64,000 nucleotides of DNA from Lepidodermella squamata. Lineage: Eukaryota > Animalia > Gastrotricha. Position 1 is the first letter of the stretch. Each line of letters begins with the position of its first letter. Both the position numbers and the translations under genes were made by a program. The notes under the pieces were generated by a model, which was given only the letters and a program-made list of their open reading frames with translations, was not told the origin of the DNA and did not search any database. Location: NCBI GenBank assembly GCA_047495785.1, contig JBLDXI010000032.1, forward strand, positions 248,001-312,000. The letters run 5' to 3'. This document shows, piece by piece, positions 48,564 to 61,209 of this stretch.

Positions 48564-51500
48564 TCATGCGGTATTAGAAACATTGCTAATACACTCGCAG
48601 AGTTTCCGATCCATCTCAGATTCGCACAATTTCTTCACATCATTCGCGATTTCGACGAGGCTGGATGACAAATCGTGACTTAAGCGGCGACTTGCCTCCG
48701 AAAATTCATCGCGAGCCGAAATCAGGTGAGCAATCAGCAGGATTGCCGACTTTTTCTCGTTGATAAGCGGGTCACTTCGGATGAAACGGACGAGGCCTTC
48801 CACCAGAACTTTAGCCTTCAAAACAGACAGGCTATCGAGGAGTCGGCCCAGTTCGTCGCCAGTTTCAGATTTTGAGGCGATTCGAATAAGGTTGAGCAGA
48901 ACTTCAATAGCAACACCCTCGATTTTTTCAGCATTTTTCCCTGAGTTGTCGCCAGTCAAAAACGAGCCAAGGCGTTTAGCAAATGACGGAAATTTATCAG
49001 ATTTCATTGCTAAAATTATTTTCTTCGAATCGCATTGAGCAGTCAAATTTGCGAAACAACAAGTCGCTAGACTAGCAATATCGCTACGATCAATACCACC
49101 GGCGATAGCGACCAAATTTTGCAGCACTTTTTTGTCTTTTTCGAGCAAAATATCCGAAAATTTCGAACTGAGCTTAGAAAGACCTTTCAGAGCAGTTAAA
49201 GCGCCGATGAGAACTGGGTCAGGGAAAAATTCTGACCCGCCGCGGAATTTACCAAGAAGTGGGATCAAACCGGATCTGAAGCGCTTCAGCGTTTTGTCGT
49301 ATTCTTCGAAGATCGGCTGCTCAATAGGACCGTTGAACAGATTTTTCAGGACAACCAGAGTTTCTTCAAGGTGTTTACGGTGCAGGCCACGGTTGTCGCA
49401 GTGGGCGAAATTGACTGCCGCAAATTTGAGTCGGGTTGCGAAGTGCAGCCAAATGCCAGGTCGGCGGATCATGATTAGGCGCAATTTCTCGATGCCTAAT
49501 AAAATAAAAATAAAACATTTGAAAAAGTTGAGAATATCAATTTGGATGTCTTCAAATGATAAGATACAATCAAATCGTAATGTAGATTAGTCTAAAAATT
49601 ACTTTTATGTGGCCATTATCCACGCTAACAAACAAAACCTCCCTTTGCCCTCAATTCAGCCAAAAATTCATCAGTTTTCATCATTCTACATGCTAGCCGA
49701 CTTGATTTTTACGTACTCGACGGCAATAGTGCGTTTTGTAATACCCCGAACAACAAATTTCCGAATTTTTTTGTCAACTGATTTTCAAAAATGAAAAATA
49801 AGAAAATGTCCCTTCAACTCGAAAAGTTCTCCCACTGCTGACCATGAGGCTGGCGGGAATGGTGGTGCCGGCATAAATGACGGAGGCGGGCAGGTGCGGG
49901 CAGCTTATGGGCTCAGCAAGCGAAGAATTCAAGGTGATACTGAATGCTGAATGACTAACCTGGCCTTAAACTGCGCCGACGATGACAATGCCCCTGTCAG
50001 TCGGTTTCCGGCGAAGTTGGTCGCTGTTTCGGTTTTTTCATTTTCAACGGAAATGTCTGTGTCGCACTTCGCGAGTATGAATGCGAGCCGTTCAAGCAAA
50101 ACCAAACGCAAAAAGTTTCTTTTGGAAAAATGTCATCATACTGTATTGTATTATGTATTGTTTAGTCTCAATGGTTGTGCTGGTTATGCTAGCCGCCATC
50201 TCCTTAGCGTCTGGATACACTCAGCGCTTAAAATCGCACGAAAAGCCTACACGGGGAATATACTGCACGCTACACCATATGATCGTTTCGTAAAAAGAAA
50301 TGATAACAATCGTGATTTTTTGGGGTGTCCCTCAAAATAAAAAAATTCAAAAAGAACCCGCCCTATCGAATCTGACGAAGAAGATTCCTCTAGAGCAGAG
50401 TATGACGACGACGCCCAGTGGTGGCGCGGTGTCAATGGCGAAATTCGATTCGCGATCGCCAGAACTTTGGGTAACCACTTCCAATTTCTCATTGAGAAGG
50501 AATTCAGCGCGCCCATGTCATTATGTGACCACTTTTTAAGCGGGAAACAACGCCTTCTCCTATTGGTTAATTCAAATACTACGCGATACCATCGAGGACA
50601 CAGCGCCTGGCTTTCTTCACTGTATCTGCCTTGGTGACGTGGGACTGTTTCAAGATATAATCCGCGACGAAGACAGTGTTTTCTATCTCGGAGGTGAACT
50701 CACCATAAAAAGACTGGGATTACCTTTAATTTAGGTTTGGCCCGTTAAAATGCGGCGACGATGACAATGCCAACGTTGTTCAGTTGGTTTCCGGCGCAGT
50801 TCGTCGCTGTTTCGGTTTCTTCATTTTCAACGGAAATGTCTGTGTCGCACTTCGCGAGTATGAATGCGAGCCGTTGAAGCAAAACCAGTCAGAAGTCAGA
50901 GAATTTAAAATTTAAAGCGATTGAGAGATTCTAAAGCCAAGCGATTTTTCGTTCCGAAGGCGATTTTTGCGTGTTGTTTGCGTTTTTACTAACTGTATTC
51001 CTTTTCATGTTACGCACATCCGCTATTCGCTCGGGCTACGGATACCATAGCCCGGGTTCGAAATGCTGATGTCGGCCTTGGTGCTACTGCAGCTCTGCAT
51101 CATCTTGGTAATTACAATGGTGAAATTCGATTCGCGGTCGCCAGAACTTTGGGTAACCACTTCCAATTTCTTATTGAGAAAGAATTCAGCGCGGCCACGT
51201 GCCACGTGTTATTAAGTTGTAATTTCAATGTCCGGCAAGCCGGATTCGCTTAGTCAAATTTTAGCTATCTCGAATTTCAAGCGTATGCCAGAATTCACCG
51301 CCGGCGATTCTCCTGACGCGCACATCGACGCCTTCAAAGACATTTTAGAGGACTTGAGAGGCAGCGACTTCCCATGCGAGTTGGCTAGCCCAGGCTATGA
51401 GCTTAATTGCCGATGAAGCGATGACGCGTCTGACTTTGGTTCTGATGAAGAAGCCGAGCAAGCGGCAGTCACTGGTTCAAGCGCAGGAACTGACGAGATG

Positions 51501-54500
51501 AAGCTCAAAATGATGAAAGTCGGCACTCAGGTAGTGTAATACCACTCGTTGAAGCGGGCAATCTTGGAACTCACCACTAACGCCGTCGACATAACAGATG
51601 GCCACGAGTTTCCCTTCGCTACGTCGCATTTCGCTGCGATGCTCAAAGCCGCTAAGCAAGATATTTACTTAATCTACGTAACCTATCTCATTGGTCAACG
51701 TTTCTACGTTTAACTAACGTTTCGCATTACGTCCTATGCCCAACAGGGGCAAGGTTCCGAAACGCCTGGAGCAAGGCGCATACAAAGACGGTAGAGTTCC
51801 ATGCAGGAAGTGCGCGGATGCTGGAACGATTAGATTCAATTGTTATTTTCAACGGCGTCAGTCGGTGACTTGCTACAATTGCAATCAATCGGGCCATTAC
51901 TCCGAATGCCCGACGCGTCAACCAAGCGTGTCAGGAAAGGCGGGTAACCCAAACCCCTCGAAAAAGGGTAAGAGACAACAGGCGGCTCCGAGCCGCGGTG
52001 GCAAACAGCAGGGGCATGTTCGCCTTCTGGAGGGAACTGCCAATGCTGACCCTGCTGAGAGGCCCTCGACCTCAGGTACTACGCCGAGTCAAGGTGCTCA
52101 TGGTCAAAGCGTTGTTCAACCTGCTCAAGTACGGTATTTCCTGTTCCCTGAAGCCGACAATTCTCATTCTCATTACAGCAAAGACCTATACTCTAAAATA
52201 ATCTGAAATTGGAAGCTATATAAGGAGACCTAAAATTTCTTCTCATTTAGATGAATACCGGCTTCAAAAATCTCATTTTCTTCATACAAGAGGCTAATTG
52301 CCATAATTTGTATTCCTGTTTTAACAATGAAAAACCCATAAGAAAACGCCGTAGACTTAAGGTTTTCGAAGATTAGTTTTGAAATAGCAAGCAAGTCCGC
52401 CATACGTTTTCAAAATTTTTAGCTAGAAAAATTCTTGGAGCTGAGCTTAGACGGACCACTGACCATTCTCTGAGGACAATAACAACCAGCAAAGCTCGCG
52501 CGCCAGCTCGAAGTTGTTGAAAAAATGCACATTTCTTGCCACTTAATTGTAACATGACTTGATAATCAATCAAAAAAATTTTACACTGTGAATCAACAAT
52601 TAATTTGTAATTTCTCAGCAAGTTATTGTCAATTTTTTCAAATTGAATTAGGGCAGTAAAACGGTATCTCTCTCGCATTTTCGTGGAGTGATATCACACA
52701 CAATATCAAAATTTACCTGATATTTTCACCCAAAATGGCAGAAACGAAGCGTATGGTGGCTGGATGCAGACATTCATGTCACCGCGACTGAACATCAGCA
52801 GCGTACTCGTCGTAGCCAACATCGAAATCGGATGCTCCAACTCTTCGTCCGGGGTCGCTTTCAACTTATCGATAAACCACGACTCGCAAAATAAGTTCGC
52901 CAGAGATTCAGCAATCATGTAATTATCAGGCGAATCTCGAGTGCTGTAAATCGCTCCTTGCATCGCCAGCAGATGCGTGTAGAACGAAAAGTCATTGAAA
53001 GGCGCCTTGGTCTTGAAAACCGAATTCCTCACAACTGAACTTTGACTCGCCTTGCCGATACAGTAAGTAAAAGGCCCGAAAAACCCGCCGCCAGGAATTC
53101 GCCAGCCAAAACGCAGGTAATTATTCTGAATATTCGCTCGTTTCGTCGCGGCGTAACCAATGCGGGAGAAGAAATCGGCGAAACCAGGCAGTTGGATGAA
53201 AAGAACTTCGGCGACTTCAACCTGGTTGTGAATCAGCATCTGGAGATGAGTCATCATGAGGCCGATGAACAAGCACTGACCAGCGTCTTGTTCCAGAATG
53301 AATTTTTCGGGATTTTCGAAAAACTCACGAGTATGCGGGGTTCGCTTGAATGAGTTAATCGCAACTGACATAGTTTCATCGTAATCGTAATTGAGTGACA
53401 TATGTTCGTTTAGGAATCGGTAAACCTCGGCAGATCGTTCGTCGGACGAGAAGAAACGACGTTCGCATTCTTTGTAGTCTTTCTTGTCGAGTTTCTTGAT
53501 TTTATCCTTCGGAACCGCCTTAATCAAAGCTTCGGCCTCTTTGCGGAACTCGGCTCGCTCAGCTGGGTGAATGGCGTCAATTCGCATTTGAACATGCTTA
53601 CGAGCCGCCTCAATATAGCCCATGTTGCATAGATTTCGGACGACCAGGAGGTTTCCTTTCAGAGAGCCTGGTTGGTTATCACCCGCCACGTTCAGGTACG
53701 ACAGGGCCTCCTCGTTAAGACCCATTGCCGTGTAGCAAATAGCGGTGTTTGTGTAGTTTCGAAGGTCCATAGCGGATTCGGCCATGGCTTTCTTGTAGAA
53801 TTCAATAGCCTCGGCGTGCTTGCCTTCGTTGTAGAGATCGTTGCCTTTATTGCGCAACTCTTCCGATTTTTTAGCCCGCTCTGATGGAGATCCACCGCCA
53901 GTCAAATCCAAAGCTAAAACGAAAAATAAACAATCAAGAGAAATATTTTACAGTAGTCGAAGAAATACGCTATTTTACACTCAATTTCATACTCATGAGA
54001 AAAGTTCCAGTAAAGTTAGCCGCAGATATCCTCCCTCTTTGCAAGTTGCTAAATTGGAACGACAGATTTTTCCTGAATATGGCTTTTTGTCACGGCTATA
54101 GCGATCCTGATTACAACGTAATTCGAAATCGACAAGTCTCGCGTTTCTCTCCGACCATAAAAACGGTACTTGTGGAACTATTTTCAACACAATCTATAAC
54201 CGAGATTCCTTTTTACATGTCATTTATCAAACGAAATTTCATCTCTATTCAAATTGACTGAAGATCAACATAGAGCTTTTGCGCTTATTGCCAAGGCCAA
54301 ACTGTTGGCCATAAAATCGATTTAGTGTTCATTTTGCGTCGCGTGTCTATCATCGCTATGACTCGTGCCAAGGTCATTGGCACTCTTCGCCGTGTGCCTA
54401 AACCATTAACACTATCTAATGCAAAAGTTGTTCGTGTATCGGCTTCATCTCCTGCGGGGGAGCTCGAGCATGCTACTCAAGTTGCGAATTTCGCCGCCTT

Positions 54501-56758
54501 GATAACCTGGCAAAAATCGAAATTGAGTTGGCCTCGAAATCTAATAGCATTGGCTTGCCACCAGCTACCGGTGCCTTCATTCGTTTAACCAGCCTTTCAA
54601 ACGATCGTATTTGACCAGTCTCGATCTCGGCCGTATTTGATCACCCATCCACCTCAACTGCGTTCGATCACCCGAGCGCCTCGTCAAACTTAAGCATAGT
54701 CGATTGACACTATCTACCGTCCAATTTTTCGAAAGCTATGAGCAAATTTACGATACAAATCAGTTCGAATGCGACACGCTCGAACTACTCGAGCTCGATT
54801 CTCAAGCGATTCCCCGACTGACAACGATATGCTCACTGTGAGATTTGCGAGTCTGCTTGCCGGTATTCACAGTTTCTGTCGCGAAGTTCTCGAGCGAATA
54901 AGGGTTGACAAGAACATCTGGTGTGAATGTCACTTTCAATATGATCCTGATATAAGAACTCAACTTGAACTGAGAAAGCCTTTTCACAACCCTGCCGCTG
55001 CTGCATCCCGATACGTAGAAGCAAGTTGTAGCAAAATGAACGGCTCAAACGATCAACGTGATGCTTATCTGATGGGCGTAAAATCGATTATTCCATTTTA
55101 CGGAGTACCCTCGTTATTCTTCACCTCTTCAACAAATCAAGCCGAAGAAGTTTCAACTTCGCAAATGATCTGGGCTTCTCTTAGCGAATTGAAAATGAAA
55201 GTCCAACAGACGGGATGACTACATTTATGATCTGGAATTGAGGAACCTTCTTTCTACTTTTTTTATTTTACTTTCACTCTGTATTTTAATATTCGGTTTC
55301 GTGCCTTCAGCTTGGAAATTAGCTGTTATAACCTCACTCCCTAAACCAGGAAAATATCATCAAGGTCACAGGCCTATGTCTCTTCTTCCAAGCTCTTCGA
55401 CAAAACGATGAATCGGCTAATAATGACAACACAAGAACGGAAATAAAGGTTTACCAACTGGCAATGTGGTTTCCATTATCTAAATATAGGTCAGCCAAAA
55501 CCAAGAAATTCTTTATCAGCCAATTGGGGGCAGTTGGCTACTGTCTAGTAGGTCATGCGTCTGTGAGAATTCTCCGTATTTAAAAGATACCTTCGATTGA
55601 ATATAAAACTTGCTGAGATGCATTGCTAGTGGTCGACGTTTTCCTTCGAAATATACATCAGTACGGAAATGAGCAAACGACGCCTCCTAATTCAGCGACT
55701 AACCAAACGATCTCTTTGCATGCCAGCAAACTCATCCGACATCACTCCACCTGAGCAGTGGCTGTGTTACTGGCCATTCTTTACAAATTCAAAAAATTGC
55801 TGTTATTAAAAATCCTTACAAAAATGACCGCACACATTAGCTACGGAATTAAGGCAGATTTTTTAACTAGTAACTTTTAACTAGTTTATTTAATTCAAAT
55901 TAAATTTTCAATTTTTCAATTTTAGTCACACCTTCCCGCGGAATTAAGGGCTTCGGCATTTGAAACCACGTCGGTATAAGAAATCAGAATTTTAGATAAA
56001 AATTCGTCTATACAGCGTCATCACCTGTATTACAACACGTAGCGCGTGTCGAAGCCGAGGCCGAGGCAAAGCGAAAAGCCACTTGGGACGTAGGCGCCAG
56101 TGATATCAGTTACCAACCCGGTGACAAGGCTCAGCGTCGAATAATTCCTGGCCTATCTGGAAAGTTCGAAGACCGCTTCGACGGCCCCTATTCTATCGTT
56201 CGATGCTATTCTATCGGTCAAAATCTGTACTGGATCAGGAGAGAAGGGACTGAAGGCGAATTCGTCGAGAACGCGTGCAAGTTCAAAACATGGAAGAAAG
56301 CAATTTTTCTATGGCCCCAAAATGAACGCTCCAGAAATCGACAAATGAGCCAACGCAACTCCCCGACCTCGAGGAAGTGCCTTCTCAGAAAGGCAGCCAG
56401 GGTTCAATCCCCGGGTACGACATTTTTCAAGTACTCGAGTAGCGCGTTACAAAACTAATGAAGTTCTCTTGGCTCAGGAGAATAGCCAGACAGGCTCAAA
56501 ATTCTGATATATTTTAAAATCTCATATTTAAAGAGTACAACCTTAGTGATCAAGAGAGGAATCGCAAAACATCGGAAAAATTATAAGAAATGGCAACTCA
56601 CATGTATGGGTGTTGAAATCATTGACTTCATTCGCACAGTCGACTTTGGAAATCAGCTTCAAATTATCAGCGGTATCAACCGGCGGACGGACGATTTTCT
56701 CCTTCACAATAGCCTCATAGTCAAAAACTGGTCCGTACAACGTAGCCAAATAATCCAT
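48564..56758 (-). CDS. TPR + helical/ARM-like protein, paralog E (761 aa; exons 56758-56602, 53913-52717, 49495-48564)
   Basis: MDYLATLYGPVFDYEA exon 1; GTGAGT and GTAAAT donors with TTTTAG and ATTAG acceptors, all phase 1; total 2286 nt in frame; same family motifs. Confidence 0.86.
49960..51195. repeat. Local imperfect duplication of two segments in intron 2 of paralog E (~49965-50105 = ~50746-50887; ~50434-50510 = ~51115-51192)
   Basis: TCATTTTCAACGGAAATGTCTGTGTCGCACTTCGCGAGTATGAATGCGAGCCGTT and GAAATTCGATTCGCG.TCGCCAGAACTTTGGGTAACCACTTCCAATTTCT each occur twice. Confidence 0.85.
51228..52140 (+). mobile_element. Degenerate LTR-retrotransposon gag remnant with zinc knuckle
   Basis: MPEFTAGDSPDAHIDAF gag-like start; VTCYNCNQSGHYSECP CCHC-like knuckle; interrupted by stop codons. 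Confidence 0.65.
54325..55218 (+). mobile_element. Helitron/Helentron Rep N-terminal fragment
   Basis: KMNGSNDQRDAYLMGVKSIIPFYGVPSLFFTSS matches the GS......L.AM...G.P..F.T.S motif of Helitron Rep; truncated. Confidence 0.65.
56040..56290 (+). mobile_element. LTR-retrotransposon integrase C-terminal (GPY/F) fragment
   Basis: KRKATWD....SYQPGD followed by GKFEDRFDGPYSIV...NLYWI. Confidence 0.65.
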
Positions 56759-56837
56759 TCCGAATAAAAAATCTCTAAAATCTATCGTGAAAAAATAGAA
56801 TTGATAAATAGAGCCGAAAAATATTGTCTGCAAAAAT

Positions 56838-58608
56838 TTAAACAGCTCCAGCTGACGATTCAAATAAACGAGATTTCAACTCAGTCGCAAGTTTAACAAT
56901 ATTGTCAAAATAAATTTTCACTTCCGTATTGGCACATTTGAAATTGAGCAGAACAGTCAGGGATTCTTCCAAGCTATCACGGGCATCAGGCGCATCGTCA
57001 ATAGCAATAATTTCCGGCTGAGAAATATTTTTCAAAACCAACAGGGTGTCTTCAAGGTGGCTGCGGTGATGCGAAACCGTGTTGTATAGCGATATATGCT
57101 TAGCCGAATAACCAAGGCGAGAAATGAGGTGAAGCCAAACGCCGGGACGACCAGCCATCTCGACGCGAATTTTCGCGTTTTCAGATAATTTCATCCAAAC
57201 CCGGTGGAAAGACGCAAAAGGCGCTTTTTGAAGTCGATTCACCTCAATTCGGCTCTGCAGAAGAAGCGAACTAACGCAGGATAGCATAGATAAAGCGTGA
57301 TTAATATTGCCTCGGCCCGAATTTTCGAATTTTTCAATAAACCAAGGTTCACACATCAATTGCGTAAAAGCCTGAGTAAATTCTTCACAAGGCGACGATT
57401 CTTTCGTGTCATAAATCGCGAAATACATCGCCATCAAATGAGCATAGAATGAAAATTCATTGAAAGGCGCAGTAGACTTGATGAAACCACCTCGAACCTT
57501 TTCGTTTTTGATTAAGGTGGACAGCATGCTGACAAAAGGGCCGAAAAAACCGCCGACGACATACGAAGCGCCCAACCGCGTGAAATGGTCTTGAATATTC
57601 GTTTTATCCGTCACGGCATAGGCTAAATTTACCATCATTTTTCGAATAAATTCCGGCTCTACGAAGGTCTCAGCAATTGATTTGTTAAACTCGATCGGCA
57701 TTTGAAATTGCTGGAAATAGGTAGTGACAAGGAGTACTTCCGCCCCAGACATTTTTTTGAAATGGCCCTTCGGATCGGTCAAAAACTGCTTCAAATACGG
57801 CGTATTACCCATGCATTTACAAATCACCTCCAAATAATGCGAAAACCCGTGATTTTTCAAGCGATATAGGGTAATACCGAAAAAGACATGCAGTAGGAAG
57901 AAATAAACCTCGGCGGACCTTTCGCCTTCTTTCAACAAACGCTGCTCGATTTCAGTTAGAAACGCCTCATCAAATTTTCTCCGGTTATATTCTGGTACCG
58001 CTTTAATCATTTTCTCGATTTCCTTTCGATAAATATCGCGTTCTTGCATTGAAGCGGCTTCGTTATCTAATTCACGAGGAACGATGCCAGCGAGTCCAAG
58101 GTTACATTTGGCCTGGGCTAGGAGCAGGGGTAGCTTGGGCGATTGAAGATCGACTTCCAGGGCTTGTTGGCAGATGGCGAATGCTTCTTCGTCCAGGCCG
58201 AGATGAATGTAGCAAATGGCCATGTTGTTGTAGATTCGAACGTCGTAAGGATCTGATGCGAGAGCTTTCTTGTAAATTTCGATGGCTTCGACGTGTTTTT
58301 CCGCCTTGAATAGTTCGTTGCCTTCTTCTCTCAGTTTCGCGCCATCAATTTGCCTCTCGTACTTGGACCTTCCTCCAGCCAAATCGAGACCTTGAAAATT
58401 AAACCCGTTTAAATTACAAAAACTAAAGAAATATTTACAAACCTATCCGAATGTTCAAATCGCTGACTGCCGAGGAAGACGTAATCGTTGATATGAAGTT
58501 CAAGTGTTCAGGCCCATCCACGGGTACAGTTGAATTTTCACCATTTGCAGTAGTCTCGTAAACAAAACATTCGCCAAAGAGCGTATTGAAAACATTCATT
58601 TCAGCCAT
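56838..58608 (-). CDS. TPR + helical/ARM-like protein, paralog F (572 aa, C-terminally short; exons 58608-58443, 58390-56838)
   Basis: MAEMNVFNTLFGECFVYE exon 1 (166 nt, phase 1); REEGNELFK TPRs; PFNEFSFY.HLMA, CEPWF, RPGVW, HLEDTL. Confidence 0.86.
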
Positions 58609-58799
58609 TTCTCTTTAAAAAGTAACCTGAGTAAACATGTTTGATAATTAGACATGTTGATTGAATTTCAATATTAGGAATATTATTTTTCAAATTATTA
58701 CGAGTTGGATAACAACTTCACGAATTATCGATATCTGTATCGCAAATCGTATATTCAAAAATGAAACGCAAATTAAAATCCTTAACAACCATTATTCCA

Positions 58800-61048
58800 T
58801 CAAAAATTGGCACAAAAATTGAGCAAATTTGTCTTGGCAGCGTTTTCAGAATCAGCTCGGATTTCCTTGGCCAAGTTGAGGAAAGAGCCATGATTGGCGA
58901 TCGATCGACATTTATCGATTATGCTGGCATCAATATTCGAGGCTTCGGCCAACATTTCCAATGCTGAGGTGAGAATATCACTTTTGATTGCCGATTGTGT
59001 GAACAAATGAGCGACCAGATTCACGAAAATCACAGAATTCGATTGGATTCGATTTTTCGCCTCATCGTCGGATACCTCCAAAGCCGACGAAATAAGCTTC
59101 TTGAAGACGATTATTACTGATTCGATATCAAGGCTCGAATTAATCTCCGTAGAACGCGCTGATAAGTTTTCAATGAAATCTTTAGATTTTGCCAACTTCA
59201 GAAATTTCACAATTTTTTTCGAAGACGCGCACTTAGCCAAAACCACAAAACAAGGAAACGCGACATTTTCAAACTCCTTGTTCAAACACAAAGTAGAAAT
59301 TCTCGATAATATCGGCTCATCAACAGCCAAAAAGATTTTCGGGAAAATCGAATTCATCTCACTCAGATTTTTGGCAATCACCAATGCATTTTTAGTATTC
59401 GGCTTCAACCTCAGATCTTTGTTACACAAAACAGCCGCCAAACCCTTTCGCAATCGCTCCAATGACGTCGTATTCGCCACAATTTCGTTAAGATCGACCT
59501 TTTCCATCGTCAAATTCGTGAGTAGAGTCAAAGTTTCCTTCAAATGTTCCTTACTGAATGGCGAATATTCTGAGAAATTAGTCGTGGCGTAGGCCAATCT
59601 AGTGGCAACATGATGCCAAACACCAGGACGAGCCGCTAAAAGCAGTCTCAAACTCGGCCGTTCGGACATTGCGATCCAGAAAGGTAGGTAAGAAGAAAAA
59701 GGTGGCTGTTGCGATCTCAACATTTCGTGTCTCGAATTCATAAAAATCGTGCTGATTGTAGCCAAAAGTGACAGGGCATGGTCCAATTTATCACGCGGCA
59801 TCGATTCCAATTTTTCAAGAAACCACGGCTCGCATAGTAAACTCGTAATATTTCGGTTGAATTTTTCGGTATCAGGCGAATTTCTAGTATCATACGCCGC
59901 GATGTAATTCGCCATTAAATGGACGTAGAATGACAAATCGTTGAAAGGTGGGGTGTTTTTCAAGAACCCATTCCTGACTTCATTCGCAGTTAGAAGGGAA
60001 GACAAAATCGGGACAAAACTTCCGACAAAAACAGAACCACTAAGGCTGAATCCAATTTTTGGATAGCATTTCTCGTAGGTTTCAAATTTAGTCGAGCAAT
60101 ACGCTATTTTGAACAGAGCTTTACCGAGCGGCGCTTCTTCGGCCAGAAATTGCTTAGTCCCATCATCACGAGTGAAAAACGAGTCGACTAGCGTGAAATA
60201 CGTGGAGATGAACCGAGCCGCGCCTGGGGTCATTTCAGCGCCTCGAGTCTCGGGGTCTCGCAGAAAATCGCTGATATACGGCGCTCTATGCATCATTTTC
60301 ACGAGGCATACGCACCAACGATCAAAGGCGTTGAATTTTTCGTCCATTGCCATGGTTAGATAGGAAGACATCAGGGCCAGGTAAACTTCGGCCGACCTTT
60401 CGCCGGGAGATAGGAGACGCTTTTCAATTTCGTCCAACTCAGCAGTACTACCTTCTTTTTTCTTGTCATTCGGAACTGATTTGATGAATTTTTCAGCCTC
60501 TTGGCGATAGAAAGACCTCTCACCCTTTGGAATATCTTCCAAGCTGTTTTTTAACTGGAAAACGGCTTCATCGACTCGACCTAGTTCACAATGAGCTCGG
60601 ATGATGAGAAGGTTCATCTTGACAGAGCCGGTCATGTCGATATCTGAACCGCAGCTTAGATAGCAGAGCGCTTCCTCGAATAGACCCTGGTTGATGTAGG
60701 CGATGCCGATGTTTGTGTAATTTTTCAGTTCGACAGGGTTCAGAACAATAGCTTTTTGATAGCATTCGATCGCTTCTTTGTAGTTTTTATTGCGGAAGTG
60801 TTCGTTGCCGGATTCGCGCAGAGATTCGCTTTCAGCAATTCGACTTGCTTTGGTTTGACCTCCGTAAATTTCATCGCCTAAAAATAAACATAATTTTATA
60901 GAGAAATATGGAATAAATTTAAAATATGAAGGACAAAAACTGAATTTCTGCTGCCTATAAATCGGTTCCACCGTAAATACTCGGGTTGAGAACTCGACCC
61001 GCTGAAGCGAGCGATCATCGCCTCGCTAGAGGGTGAACGAGTTTTCAT
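58800..61048 (-). CDS. TPR + helical/ARM-like protein, paralog G (main exon 60877-58800; tentative exon 1 61048-60955 via GC-AG intron)
   Basis: TTTTTAG acceptor at 60878 at the family intron position; RESGNEHFR TPRs; PFNDLSFY.HLMA, CEPWF, PFW, RPGVW, HLKETL. The 5' end is uncertain. Confidence 0.82.
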
Positions 61049-61209
61049 ACCCAGCGCTGTCGCGCAATTAATGAACCATTCTCTTCCATCCTTAATATTA
61101 TTGATGAATCACCGCTTTACAATAATGAAATTACGAGTCTGTTTTTTGAAATTTCCGATTTAGTTCGCCGCACGGTGCTTAACTAATTTCGTGTGTTCTC
61201 CACTGCTAT

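Noticed and set aside
56385-56422. tRNA-like GGGTTCAATCCCC (B-box/T-arm)
   Set aside because: No complete cloverleaf or A-box found; at most a tRNA/SINE remnant.
26523-61048. Calling the TPR family UNC-45, STI1/HOP or IFIT
   Set aside because: Similarity I can recognise is limited to the TPR triplet; no UCS, DP or multi-TPR signatures.
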